Notes under the pieces: model-generated | Told to the model about the DNA's origin: nothing | Database searches by the model: none | The model's input: the letters and a program-made list of their open reading frames with translations, nothing else | Made by a program: the position numbers and the translations under genes | Shown here: positions 42,091 through 55,012 of the stretch, piece after piece | How the letters are laid out: each line of letters begins with the position of its first letter | Position numbering within the stretch: position 1 is the first letter of the stretch | Assembly (NCBI GenBank): GCA_028023455.1 | Contig: JAQFVV010000005.1 | Coordinates: forward strand, 868,001-932,000 | Source: Epiperipatus broadwayi | Lineage: Eukaryota > Animalia > Onychophora | Length of the DNA stretch: 64,000 nt | Reading direction: 5' to 3'

Positions 42091-42552
42091 ATAAGAAATG
42101 GTGATCATATGATGTTTGGTTGTTTAATACCATTCCTGCCTAATATGATAGTGGTAGCTACGGTTATTAAAGAACCAAAGACACCAAAATATATGGGTAC
42201 TGAACTGAGTTCAGACCTATATGACTATATAATCTAATGAGCTTAGATTGAAAATATTAGTGTGTTTTCAATAGTTTTGTAGTTAAGTAGAGATAAAAGG
42301 TGGCTGCTGGAGGGTTGCATTACATCCTAAGATCTACACGCAGTGCTCTCAGATCCAAGGCCCCTCACTGACAAAGACCACAAGCCAGAAACTAGTCGGG
42401 AGATATTGGATGAGTAGGCACTAAATAGGGATTTTATGCACAAGCCTTCTGGCATCCATTGGTTTGCACTGAGTGGCACTACTGTATGGAGAGTTTTTCC
42501 TGTTTAATAACAGTTATGACAAGCATAAGAAATGGTGATCATGTGATGTTTG
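42091..42552 (+). mobile_element. Hammerhead element copy C: complete 434-bp monomer with terminal direct repeat
   Basis: ataagaaatggtgatcat(a/g)tgatgtt at 42091 and 42525. Core 42368-42397 reads CUGACAA...GAAACUAGUC. Confidence 0.9.
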
Positions 42553-43564
42553 TGTAATAACAAATGTTAGAAATAAGATATGTAAATAAAAATATTATTT
42601 AATAAAGATGAAATGATATATCAATATCTTTTACTTTTGATATTATCTTGTTTTAGTTTCATACAGATCAGCTATTTATTTGCTTTTGATGATAAAATAT
42701 TGTGTTCTATGTTTATAAAATAAAAAAATAATATGGATTTTATAAGCTTTACAATCAAATTTAGTTCTGTGGTAAGAATAAAATCTCTATCCATAGATTG
42801 GTATGCAATTTTTTACTTTCATCATTGAAGATTAGGATTCAAACCTGGAATTAATATTGCATATGCTTATAGCAGTTGTATTTTACAAACTTATATATTA
42901 CTTATAAAGACAAACACCAAACATTAGTATAGGGATTTTTTTAGCACTATATCATCTGATGTTCATTAATTATTCAATTTTATATTATATGGCTCTGAAG
43001 AAGGATGAAAAGAACTACTCTGACGCACATGAATAAGAAAGTCATATAATATTGTTGGTGTGAATCTTCCTTGTGAATAGTTTATAAATGGCATAAAAAT
43101 TGAGATTTGTAAAATATACAGAAATTCATCTGTTATCATATCTGCATAATTATGCAAGGAGTTACAACCATAGGTTTGTTATTAATATTTGTATTGGTCG
43201 TTGTATGCATGTTGATATTTTATATTCTCAGTTTTGTTTTACCATTAAATCTTTCATTCATAATAATCTTAGTATTTATACCTTTGTTATTAGTATATGA
43301 AATCATATTTTACAATGAAATTGCCATTTTCCAACACTTAATAATAATATTCAAAATTAAAGTCTTAGATTCTTCTCACAGATAGCTCCTAATAGAAGTG
43401 AAATTTTTGTATGTTCTGCTACTATGATTAGTCAAATCTTGTTACTATATCTTTTTTGAGTATAGCTTGTGATTCATATGTGCTGTTTTTATAAAATACT
43501 AAATTGCAGATATTCATTGTCAAAGAACTTGTATGCTTCATTTAGTATTTAGCATATATATATA

Positions 43565-43742
43565 TTATATAAAGAGCTCGCAAATAAGCTCTTAACAAGC
43601 TTTTCAGAATATCCCTAACCCCAGACTGTTTTCTGCTATTGATTTCCTCAGTAAGATGCTAGCAGAAAATGGTCTGGAGTTAGGGATATTCTGCAAAGCT
43701 TTCAAAGCTTGTTAAGAGCTTATTTGTGAGCTCTTTATATAA
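43565..43742. repeat. Long imperfect hairpin (arms ~74 and ~83 bp, 21-nt loop)
   Basis: ttatataaagagctcgcaaataagctcttaacaagc... pairs with ...gcttgttaagagcttatttgtgagctctttatataa. Confidence 0.9.
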
Positions 43743-43979
43743 CATTTGTAATACAAACCTGTTTAAATTAGGTCATGTAACATCTGACTTGATTTTTTTT
43801 TGTGTGTATATATATATATACACTGTATACTTATAATTAATAGTGTACGTCATACTTTATTCTTTTTATTGTGCAATTGTCCCCTATATTTTCAATATTC
43901 ATGATTTACTTAGACACATTTTGAAAAAAATATTAATTAGAGAGGATTTGAACCCAGACTTTCAAGCTACCTTTAGTTA

Positions 43980-44190
43980 TCCATTCCATCCTGTACAATC
44001 AACACACATGACCATACACATGTCAAAAAGGTAAATGATCTTCAATATACATATTTTGGTGCCGAACCAGCACTCATCAGCCAGTCTGCACTACCATCCC
44101 TCACATGCATACAACGCTTTACATTAAGATAGAATCTTCCAACCCCAATATTCCCCACTCTCCAACCCCCTAGCCATTCACATCAATGAA
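43980..44190 (-). mobile_element. Dispersed repeat family 2, copy 2, with hammerhead-like core (44048-44080)
   Basis: Minus: CTGATGA-GTGC-TGGTTCG-GCAC-CAAAA-TAT-GTA. Flanks homologous to 3380-3610. Confidence 0.5.
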
Positions 44191-44732
44191 AAAAATTTTT
44201 TTTAAATTTCAGATTAATAAAAAATGAAAATTTTTAACTCACAATGTAACTTACGGAGGCAGTGATTCATATCTCTTTTCCAGGTTATCAAGAAAGGAGA
44301 ATTTTATATTTTTTTACTGTTTTTGACTGATATCTGTATGTCAGTTGTGGAGCCCTTTTTCTTAAATGTAGTAAAGAAAAAAATTCCTACTATGCATGCA
44401 TATAACACAGCATCAATAGAAAATTCAATCTTAGTCTCAGGACAGAAATTGCATAACTGTAACTTTTATTTATGGATTTTTTTACAGAAGTTATATTTTT
44501 TTTAAAAAAAATGCATGATAGAAAAAAAATCCATAGAGATTTCTATAAAGTAAGAATTTTACAAGGAAATAAAAGCTACTTTCAGAACAAGTAAAAATAT
44601 TAATGACAAAGATATGCTTACAAATACATTAGAGCTTGAAAAATAGTTGTAATTATTCTATTCTTGATCTTTCATTCAACATTTAAAGGTGACTAATTTC
44701 CTTTATTTACATGAGCTACATTTCATTTAATA

Positions 44733-44808
44733 TTTAAAACAGGCAAAACTCTCCACACAGTAGTGCCACTTAGTGAGCAAGCATAAGAAATGGTGATCAT
44801 GTGATGTT
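44733..44808. mobile_element. Coreless fold-back remnant of the hammerhead element
   Basis: Antisense piece ttaaaacaggcaaaactctccacacagtagtgccact fused to the sense 3' end agcaagcataagaaatggtgatcatgtgatgtt. Confidence 0.75.
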
Positions 44809-45624
44809 TAGCGTTTCATTTAATATTTCCTTATTAAATCTTATTTAATTATTAAATCAAACTGATTTAAAGAGAAATTTTGCTCCATCCTTATAAAATT
44901 AATTATTAGTTTGATAATTATTAAATGCTGAATGATATATTAATTTTACTCTGAATTTTCAGTATTGGTGATAAAGATATGCCTGTAAATATCAAAGTTT
45001 TGAGAATAGGTGGATTCATTCTATTCTTTCTTTCTTCAACACCTAGAGTGCTTGATTTCATAACCTGGTGAGGATGATTCATTTCCTTTTCTATTTATAT
45101 TTTTAATATTAATTTAATTTGTATTGAATTGACCTAATCCTCAAAAGTAAAACTACTGAATTTATATATATGTAAAAATATTTTTGCCTCATTTGCGAAA
45201 GCAATTGACCATATATTTATATGTATGTTCATCCATGTGATTATGAATACATATGCTTCCAAATTATAATTTATCAATGTAACAAAAATTTGAAAACAGA
45301 TTATTACATAATCTAACAATTATTTTTTTAGAGTGAAAAATACTCAACGTATATTTTTATTAAAAATAAAATCACAAAACGTTTTCATAGATAGAGCAAC
45401 GTGAAATATGATTAACGTACTTTTATATGTCATTTCAATTATAATTTAATTTAAAACAAATTACGAAGTTGTCATATTCCCAATTTATGAAAAAAATTAA
45501 CATTAATTTTTAAAATGCTTAATTTTTTTCATTTTATAGTAATAGTTATATTTTCTCAGCTTTTTTATTTATTTATGGTATATTATTTTTATGAAAAAAA
45601 TTAAACAAAGCTATCTTTTCTATT

Positions 45625-45700
45625 ATTGTTACAATGCTTATTTTATTAAAGTTAATCAATCTTAAAGTTTCGATTGACCAGCAAATTCTTCAGAGTTAAC
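45625..45700 (-). mobile_element. Family 3 hammerhead-like remnant, degenerate
   Basis: Minus: CTGAAGA-atttgctggtcaatc-GAAA-ct..., then aataaaataagcattgtaa as in the other family 3 copies. Confidence 0.35.
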
Positions 45701-45775
45701 TAATACCAGATCAATTTTTACAACTATTAAGGAGAAACCACTAAACGTCACATGATCATTATTTTAAAGCCAATA

Positions 45776-46074
45776 AACATCACATGACCACCTCCTCTTA
45801 TGCTTGTGTATAACTGTTGTTAAAACAGGCAAAACTCACTATATATATGGCCACACACAGCAAGCTAGAGTAATCAGTGGATGCCAAAAGGCTTGTGCAT
45901 AAAATCCCCATCCAAGGCTCCTCACCTGATGAAGGCCTTGAGCCAGAAACTAGTTTGGGGATATTGGATGAGTAGGCACTAGATGGGGATTTTATGCAAA
46001 AGCCTTTTGACATCCACTGATCACTCTAGCTTGCTGTGTGTGGCAATATATATAGTGAGTTTTGCCTGTTTTAA
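45776..46074 (+). mobile_element. Hammerhead element copy E: ribozyme in the loop of a 93-bp-arm palindrome
   Basis: Arms 45820-45912 and 45982-46074 match at 89/93. Core 45926-45955 CUGAUGA-AGGC-CUUGA-GCCA-GAAA-CUA-GUU. Confidence 0.9.
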
Positions 46075-46104
46075 TGATCATTATTTCCTACACTGACACG
46101 AGCT

Positions 46105-46600
46105 ATTAAACAGGCTAAACTCTCAATACAGTAGTGTCACCCAGTGCAATCCAGAGTAATAAATGGTTGCAATAAGGTCTGTGCATAAAATCCTTATTTA
46201 GTGCCCACTCATCCAATATCCCCAGACTAGTTTCTAGCTTGTGGCTGTGCCATGAATCTGAGAGCACTGTACTTACGTCTATCTAATGCAACCCTCCATC
46301 AGCCACCTTCTACTTTTTAGTTAGCTGTATAGCTACGAGTCCAAAATAAAAACACTAATGTTTTCAATCCAAGATCATTTGTATAATTTTATAGATCTGA
46401 AACCAGTTGCATTAGATGCTAAGATCTAGATACAATATTCTTAGATCCAAGGCTCCTCACTGGTGAAAGCCACAAGCTAGAAACTAGTCTGGGCAATACT
46501 GGATAAGTAGGCAGTAGATAGTGTTTTTCTGCATAAATCTTGTATTCATTGATTACTAAGGCTTGCACTGGGTGGCGCTACTGTACAGAGAGTTTTGCTT
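46105..46600. mobile_element. Hammerhead element copies F (minus, ~46105-46400) and G (plus, ~46405-46600), head to head
   Basis: F lacks CUGAUGA by deletion. G core 46460-46489 reads CUGGUGA...GAAACUAGUC. Confidence 0.85.
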
Positions 46601-47154
46601 ATGTGGAAAGGAGGAAGTGGATATTGGTATTAATTAGCTCTGAAGAAGATTGTTGGTCAATCAAAACTGTGTGGTTGATTGATTTTAATAAAATAAACAT
46701 TGTAACAATAATAAGAAAGATGGATTTGTTTAAGGTTTATCGAGTATATAATATTTTATGTTTAAAAGAGTAAAAGTTGAAGATTTTAACCTTTAGAAAA
46801 TTTACTTGTTCAATTACTAAAAAAAAAAAAATGGAGAGGGAGCTATTTTCGTTTATTAATAGAAAAGATATATATATAAAGTTAAAAATAATTTATTTTT
46901 TTTAAATCCTGTTTTGCAAAAAAAAAATTACTAATTATAGTTCATCTGATGTTTTTTTCTCTTTTTTTTAGTAATTATTTTTGTTGATGTCATAGTGTGA
47001 ATTTTGAAAAATAAAATTGTGTCATATGTATGTAAATAGAAAATTGGTTTGCTTATCTTAATAATTACACACACATTAGCCTGTATTAATTTTATGATTA
47101 TATGAATAAAGAATTCATTGAATTGTATATATTGTGTTAAAAACGAATTTTATA

Positions 47155-48643
47155 TCATCATCATCATTATCAACCATTATCAGTCTCTATTACAAGATGG
47201 TCTCTCCAAGTTCAATCCATTTTCTCCTATCTCTAGCCTCTCGTCTACACATTACATCAAAGATTTCATTATTTTTTTCATCCATCTCACACGTGGTCTT
47301 TTTCAAGGGCTTTTATAATCTCTTGAAATCCAGTTTAAGATTTTAATTGTCCATCTATTATCATCTCATCTATCAATATGTTCAGTGCCATGCTCTTAGA
47401 TCCAAGGCTCCTCACTGATGAAGGCCACAAGCCAGAAAGTAGTCTGGGGATATTGGATGAGTAAGCACTAGATGGGGATTTTATGCACATACCTTCTGGA
47501 ATCCATTGATTACTCTGGCTTGCACTGAGTGGCAATATGTATAGAGAGTTTTGCCTGTTTTAATAACAGTTATAAGCAAGAATAAGAAATGGTGATTATG
47601 TGATGTTTATTGATTTCAACCCAACTCCAATTCAGTCTCTTAATTTTTTCAGTGATGTCAGTAATACCTGTTTGTTCTCTTACCCATGTATTTCATTTTT
47701 GATCTATTCTTGTTACTAATAACATACATCTCTCTATACTTCTTTGAGGGATCTGAAGTCTTTATATTGCTCTTGTTAAGTATCTAAGTCTCACATCTAT
47801 AAATAAGAAACAGTAAAACACATTTATCAAAATCCTTTCTTTTCAAATACATAGACATATTTTCTTTAAATATTAAATTATTTCTATCAAAAGCACTCCA
47901 AACAAGTTTAATTCTAAGATTAATTTCATCCATTATGTTTCCATCTGTTGTATTAATCTGACAGGTATTTGTAGTTATGGGGCATTAATTATTAATTTAT
48001 TCTAACTCATCATTATCAATCTCTATTTTCTTCTACTGAGAAAATCTGTTGAATATTACTTTAAACTTTTTAATATTTATCTTTAATCATACTTTTATCT
48101 GGTAACTCTTGTTATATTTCCTAAAGCTCCTAAGCATTATCTGCAAAATATAGAGATGATTTAAACAATCTCCATTGACTTTTTCTCCCATAGCTTCTCA
48201 TTTTAATTCGCAAAATATTTTTTGCAAATCTGCTATAAAAGTTTTGGAGATATGGAGTCATCCTGGCCCATACCCTTCTCAATGTTGATTTTCCTAGAAT
48301 CATTATATACTCTAATTGTTGCTGTTGCATTTTTATAAACATTCTTCAGAAAATGACAATATCCTGGATCTATACCTTGATGATCCAATGTTTTAATCAC
48401 TGAAGAAATGCTTATATAATCAAATGCTTTTTCATAATCTACAAATCCAAAGCATAATGGTAATTCATATACATGGATATGGTCTACTGTACTAAAACCA
48501 TTTTTAAATCCAGCTTGTTCTCTTGGTTGGTTGAAATCCAAATTGTGCTTAGACAAGTTACAATTATCTTGGTAAAAATTTTGTATTAGAACTGATAAAG
48601 GACTGATAGGTCTGTAATTTCTAATTTCTTTATTACCTTTTTT
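47155..48643 (-). pseudogene. RTE-clade LINE, 3' half (RT), interrupted by copy H
   Basis: NYRPIS, EQAGF-GFSTVDHI, VDYEKAFD, GQDDSISPKL, YFADN; (TCA)n tail at 47155. Confidence 0.9.
47385..47608 (+). mobile_element. Hammerhead element copy H inserted in the RTE
   Basis: Core 47415-47444 CUGAUGA-AGGCCACAAGCCA-GAAA-GUA-GUC (helix III C>G). RTE text resumes on both sides. Confidence 0.9.
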
Positions 48644-48644
48644 A

Positions 48645-48774
<130 letters not shown>

Positions 48775-48820
48775 ATAAGATATAAATTTGCAAAATAATC
48801 TGTGTAATAAATAGCAATTC

Positions 48821-51561
48821 ATGAATTGTTATTATCAAAATGTTTGTGGTCTTAGAACTAAGACAATTGATTTTAAATTTGAATTGTTATTAAATGAATA
48901 TGATATTATCTTTTTAACAGAGACTTGGTTAAAAGAAGAAATTGATAATATTAGTATATTTGATGATAGGTATTGTGTGTATAGATGTGATAGAAATTAT
49001 AATTATGAAACAAGAGGAGGTGGTACTTTGATTTCTATTAAAAAAGACATAAAGCATAAACAGATAATTATTAATGATAATAATATTGAATCTTGTTGGA
49101 TTGAAGTTAGTTTAAAAAATAAAAATAAAATATTGTTAGGTACTATATATCTTCGACCTACTTTGTCAATGAATGATTTAGATGCATATTTAGTTAAGGT
49201 TGAGGATATATTGGTGAAATATAAATATGATATTATTATAGTTGGGGATTTTAATGAAGCTGATTACTCAAGACATAGTAATAAGAATGTTGATAATAGT
49301 AAACTTTATAGATTAAAATTTTTTGTTGAGTTGGTTAGTTTAATTCAACTTAATAGTATTATTAATTTTAGGGGGGGGTATGTTGGATTTATTGTTTAGC
49401 ACTAAGAATGATTTGAAGTGCAAAGAGGCTGATCAAGCTCTTTTGCCCCCTGATCCTTATCATCCACCTTTGGAATTTGTAATAGATGGTTCTCATGAAC
49501 ATATAAAGCCTATGGTAAATAGTAAGAGAGATTACAAACATGGTGACTATTATGGCCTTTATAAAGCTTTTGAGGACATTGATTGGAATATAATTTTGAT
49601 GGAAAATGATCCAAATATAGCGGCAAATAATTTTGTTGGTATAGTTCAAAATTGTCTAGATCAATATATTCCTGTTAGGCATTATTTAAATACTAATAAA
49701 AAATATCCTAAATGGTTTTCTAGGAAATTGTGTAAGGGCTTAAATAGAAAGCACAAATATCATAGGTTATATAAACTAACTAATGATAAAGAATTGTATA
49801 AGAAATTTAATGGTTTGCGTGCTTATACTAAAAATCTTATGAAAAGAGATTATAATAATAATTTAAATAGAGTTGAAGAAAATTTTAGGAATAATCCACA
49901 AATGTTTTGGAATTATATAAAAGATCTTAATATTGTTGGAAGTAAAAGTTGTAGATATAATGTAATTAGGCCTTCTATGGATGATCTAGTCAATCATTTT
50001 ACTAATATGTACTTAGATACTTCAAGTAATGATAATATGGTTGATATTAAATTTAATAAAGAAAGTTTTTGGAATATAGATGTTAATAAAATTGCAATTC
50101 CTGAAGTGTTTACTGCAATTTCTAAACTTAAATCGAAATCTTCTATGGGATATGATAATATTCCTAATTTTATTATCAAGGGTTGTGCTGAATGTTTGGT
50201 AGCACCATTGCATTATATTATTAATTTATCAATTGAGAAAACTATTATTCCTGATATATTTAAGATAGCTAAAATTATACCAATTTTTAAAAAAGGGGAT
50301 AGATCTGATTCGGGTAATTATAGACCTATTTCAATTCTGTCACCTTTTGCTAGAATTTATGAAAGGTGTATTTATAGTAATATTATTGTAGATATGATTA
50401 AGGTATTACCTAGTTATCAGCATGGTTTTTTACCTGGTAGATCTGCTGAAACTAATTTAATGGTGATATCTGATCATATTGCTCATGCCTTATCTGATCA
50501 GAAGCAATTAGATGTTGTATATTTTGATATGACTCAGGCATTTGACAAAGTTTCATATATTAGACTTTTGTATAAACTTAAAATGTTGGGTGTTAGTCCT
50601 CATTTAGTTGAGTGGTTTTCCAATTATTTGAGGGGTCGAAAATCTTATGTACATATGGATAAAACTAATTCTCTTTTTTTTTGATAATATGATAGGTGTT
50701 CCTCAGGGTGGAATATTAGCACCATTGCTTTTTAATGTTTATATGTGTGATCTTGATCATAGCATAAAAAATAGTATGATACTTACTTATGCTGATGATT
50801 GTAAGTTATTTAAAAGAATTATTACTTATAGTGATCATATTGAGGTTCAAAAGGATATAGATAGTTTTATTATATGGTGTAGGTATAACAACATGGAGAT
50901 TAACATTAATAAAACATGCATTGTTTCCTATACTAATAAAACTGAAAAATCTGTTTATCAATATAAAATTGAGAATGGTGTTATTAAATATAAAGAGACT
51001 GTATCTGATTTAGGAATTATATTTTGTAGCAATTTTACTTTTAATGCACATATTAAATGTATTATTAATAAAGCATACAGAAAGATGGGCTGTATTTTGA
51101 GATATGGGAGAGATTTATCTATTTCCATAAAATATAGGTTACTTTTTTCTCTTGTTGTTACAGTTTTAGAATATAATTCTTGTATATGGAACTTCAATCT
51201 GATTAATATTCAGTCTAAAATATATAATATTGAAAAAAGATTTAATAAATTAATAATGGGTGAATGTCAAACTGTCAAAACAGTATTGAAAGAAAGGAGA
51301 ATGTTGAAGGATATGATATTACTGAAAAAGTTGATTGATGGGAAAATTGATGTCAGTAACTGTATATCAAAAATAGAATTGAAAGTACCTTGTCGCTTAT
51401 TAAGAGAAATGCAAACTTTCAAGATTAGTATATGTAAAAATACTTTCTTTGGTAAATCAGTTATTAATAGATTGCAAATGGTATATAATCTAACTTTTAA
51501 TAATATTGATATTTTTTGCGATCAATTTGTGATGATTGTTAAAAAACAACTAAATGTATAG
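48821..51561 (+). CDS. LINE ORF2: APE endonuclease + reverse transcriptase, two +1 frameshifts (pieces 48821-49399, 49380-50684, 50647-51561)
   Basis: YYQNVCGLRTK, LTETWL, RGGGT, VGDFN; NYRPISIL, QHGF, FDMTQAFDKV, GVPQGGILAPLLF, YADD. No internal stops once one base is removed from G8 (49371-49378) and T9 (50674-50682). Confidence 0.92.
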
Positions 51562-51744
51562 TTATGAACATATATGTATATATAATTTTATGTATTTAGC
51601 TTGTATTTGATTATAATTGTTTTTTTTTTTTTAAATTTTAATTATTATCATTGTTATTATTATTTTTTTTTTTTTATTGTGTATTTCTGTTAAAGTGTAA
51701 ATGTTGAAATGCACATAATAAATGGATATTGAATTGAATTATTA

Positions 51745-53150
51745 CTGCATTCTTCCAATCATCTAATACATCTTTATCATTTAGATATTTGGTATATAAC
51801 TTTGCCATAATTTTTTCTATTTTTTCACCTGCTTCTTTTAATATATTGATTATAATTCCATCATTACCTAGAGCTTTTCCCTTCTTCATACATTTAATTG
51901 TATATCTCACTTCTTCATTTAAAATCCTGAGCAATTCAGAAGATATAGTAGTTGTACAAGATGCTTTTTCTTCCTTTGTATTGCTATATAATTCTTGATA
52001 TTAACTCCTACACATTTCTTGAGGTCATCTCTCTTTTTAAGAATAGTTTCATCATTTTTTTATTACAGTAATAACTTTTCTACCACTATCAAGATGTTTT
52101 ACACTCTTGGGACTTTTATTACTTTTCCTGTTATTTCACAATTATATTTTCTTATATCATTATCAACTTCTTTTCACACCATTTTACAAAACTATATTTT
52201 CGATCCTTCTTAAAGCATCATTTTCGTATTCCTTCTTTTCTTCATAAATTGTTTTATTTCAGTAGAAATGTTACTAGCCAATTACTACTTTTTCATACCA
52301 GCTATCTTTGTTGTAGTTTTTAAAAGTATGTCTGTTATTTTCCTATTGATTTTATTCAAATCTGAATCATGTTCGTAATCTATTAATATATGAAAATTTA
52401 AATTCATTGGAATGTTTCTGAAGGTTAGGAATATCAACTGTGAATACTATTTTTCTTAATAATTTTTGTCTCTCTAGTTTTACATTAATGCGTAATTTAC
52501 ATCCCACTAATTGATGATCACTTCCTGTATTGAATTTATTAAGAACATTACAACCTTGAAATATGTGTTTTCTGTTAGTCAAAATATAATCCAATTCTGC
52601 TACCTTCATTTGGATATTTCCATGTCCATTTAACATTTTTCTCAAAAAAAAAAAAAAAGAATTCATAATGTAGTTTTTCTTTTTTCTGCAAACTCCACAG
52701 TCTATGTCCTCTCTCATTTCTATTAGTATAATCAAACTTATCTATAGCATTATCATATTTCAATTGTTTACTAATTCTAGCATTAAAGTCTCTCATAACA
52801 ATTTTAAAATATTGTTTGATTGGATCAAAAGCCTTTTGCATATCCATAAAAAAATTCTCTATTTTTTCATCACAATGAGAATTTGTTGGAGTGTAAATCT
52901 GAATTATCTGCATTTGATATCTATCATTAAATTGAATAACTAATCTTGGCACTCTTTCTGATACATCATCAATCTCCGCAATGTTGTTCTTCCACTTTTT
53001 ATTTATAATGAATCCTATTACACTTGTATTTGCAATATTTGTGCCTTTGTATTTTCACCTCTTCTTCTAACTTCTCAAAGTTTAACAATGTCCCATTTAA
53101 TATCAGACATTTCTTCCAATTCTTACAATCTTTCTTTCCTTCAAAATGAT
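51745..53150 (-). pseudogene. RTE-clade LINE, 5' half (APE and linker), same element as 47155-48643
   Basis: IIQIYTPT, MRDFNARI, LDYILT, SDHQLV, MKKGKALGNDGI, WKNAVII. Confidence 0.9.
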
Positions 53151-54742
53151 CTGTAGTTATAAATACCTAAATAAAAGATTAGTGGCAAATAGCAGCCTGA
53201 ATCTGCAATCAGGAGATTTTTACTACTCTCCACCTTTTGCTGCCAACCAGTGCCTTGGCTGGTGATTTTCAGCCTCTTGTAAATAAGAACCATGATTTAA
53301 TTTTGTCTGTCATGACTGTAAATATGAATAAGAAAAAAAGAGTTTATTCACACCTGTTCATTCTGTTTTCAAGAAAACTTAACTGATATTTCACTTAAGA
53401 AATATCAGAAAACTGAGAAGAAATATCAGGGAGTTTCTTGATCTTAAACTCAGTGATATAAAACCAATAAACTAACTATTATATACATTGGTGAGCAGCC
53501 TAACCATGTTTCTATACTATATGAATAATCATGTAGTAATAACAGCTGCAACAACAAGAACATATGGAATGGATATTAGGAATGTTTCCTGCTTGGTTCT
53601 TTTAAGACCTCAAAAAAGATTTAAAGGGCTATCTTTCAGTTAACAGCAAAAATTCATGGATTTGGGTATCCATACTAATATTTAAAATCAAATGTCATGG
53701 ATATAGAGACATTGTTGTACATTACTATACTATATTGCTTTTTCTAATTAATAATGTTCATATACACTGTATATATAAAGACATTGGATATTAATTATAA
53801 TTGCATTTATTTGAATTTAGGATTTGTGATTTAATGGATAAGTTATAAATTTTTGCTGTTGAATAGCTTTAGATCTATGGGCTTAATTTCTTTTTTAAAT
53901 AAGAAAACTAGCAGAGTTCAGGCGGTATTTTGAAGTTGCTCTACTGACCCATGAGATGCAGATTTTTTTATAATTCTATGCATTTGTTTTAACACATAGA
54001 ATCTTAGTGTAATTGATTGTTTTTGTTTTTCTTGAGTGTTTTATTTTTAACATTGTTTTTAAAACTCTTATTAATTTCTTTTTTCTGCAGTAAGTTCTAC
54101 CATGGTTTAACATGATTAATCATTTCTTTTTAATATTGCATTCTATTGTGCAATAATTGCAATATTTTTACGATGCATATTAAGATATATGAAATAGTGG
54201 AATTAGATAGAATGATTGTGATTTTATATCCCAGGATCTTTTGACTAGTAAAACGATAACTGTTATACAGGCATTTTGAATGGCTTCCTTTGGGACTGAT
54301 ATTTTATTGGGTACAATTTTTTTAACTTAAGTCTATTTCATCAGATAAAATAGATGAGGAAAGTATATTGACAATTTCCAAGTAATTTATGGACAAATCA
54401 TGTGATCAATATAGTTTTTCTTTAAAAGTTCTTTTTTATCATAATAATGCTTCAGTAGAAGAATCATTTCTCTTTATTGTTTCTTTTTTATTTATTTTTT
54501 TATCTTATTCAATTTTGATGATTTTAAGTAGTCAGATTTTCATAACACTTTTGTTGAAAAGCTACAACATTTTCAATACCAGCTACAAGTAAATAAGTAT
54601 GGTTATCTTAAACCCAGCACAACACTAAAAAGAGCAAACATTAAAGTCTTTTATTCTTCTCATTTGATATCTTGTAGTGCAGTATTTTCTGCAATAAATG
54701 TTTTTTTTCCAAAACTCTCCAATAATTTTTTTTTAATTGTGC

Positions 54743-55012
54743 CTCTTTGTTATATCCTATTCTTATTCTGTTATATTCTAATCCTGTTCTTTGTTATATT
54801 TTATTTTCATTCTCTGTAGTTTTATATTCACTCTCTGTTATATCCTCACTTCCTGTTAAATTCTATCCTCTTTCTGGTATATTCTATCATCACTCTCTGT
54901 TATATTTACTCCTTGCTCTGTTATGTTCTAATCTTGCTACCTGTTATGGTCTATCCTTGCTTCCTGTTATATTCTTCCCTTGCTGTTTGTTATGTTTTAT
55001 CTCCAGTTACAT
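54743..55012. repeat. Degenerate ~21-bp minisatellite (consensus near ctctgttatattctatccttg)
   Basis: tgttata/tgttatg recurs about every 20-22 nt, roughly a dozen times. Confidence 0.7.

Noticed and set aside
42966-45319. Many 60-100 aa ORFs rich in F, I, L, Y, K and N here and across the window
   Set aside because: The composition is what AT-rich non-coding DNA or the antisense strand of LINEs produces; no motifs.
53170-53290. Possible HDV-like ribozyme upstream of the RTE (minus: GGCAGC/GCUGCU, AAAAGG/UCUUUU, CUAA)
   Set aside because: Some helices can be drawn, but P1.1 and the L3 consensus are missing and an extra hairpin falls between P2 and P3. Not supportable without a covariance search.
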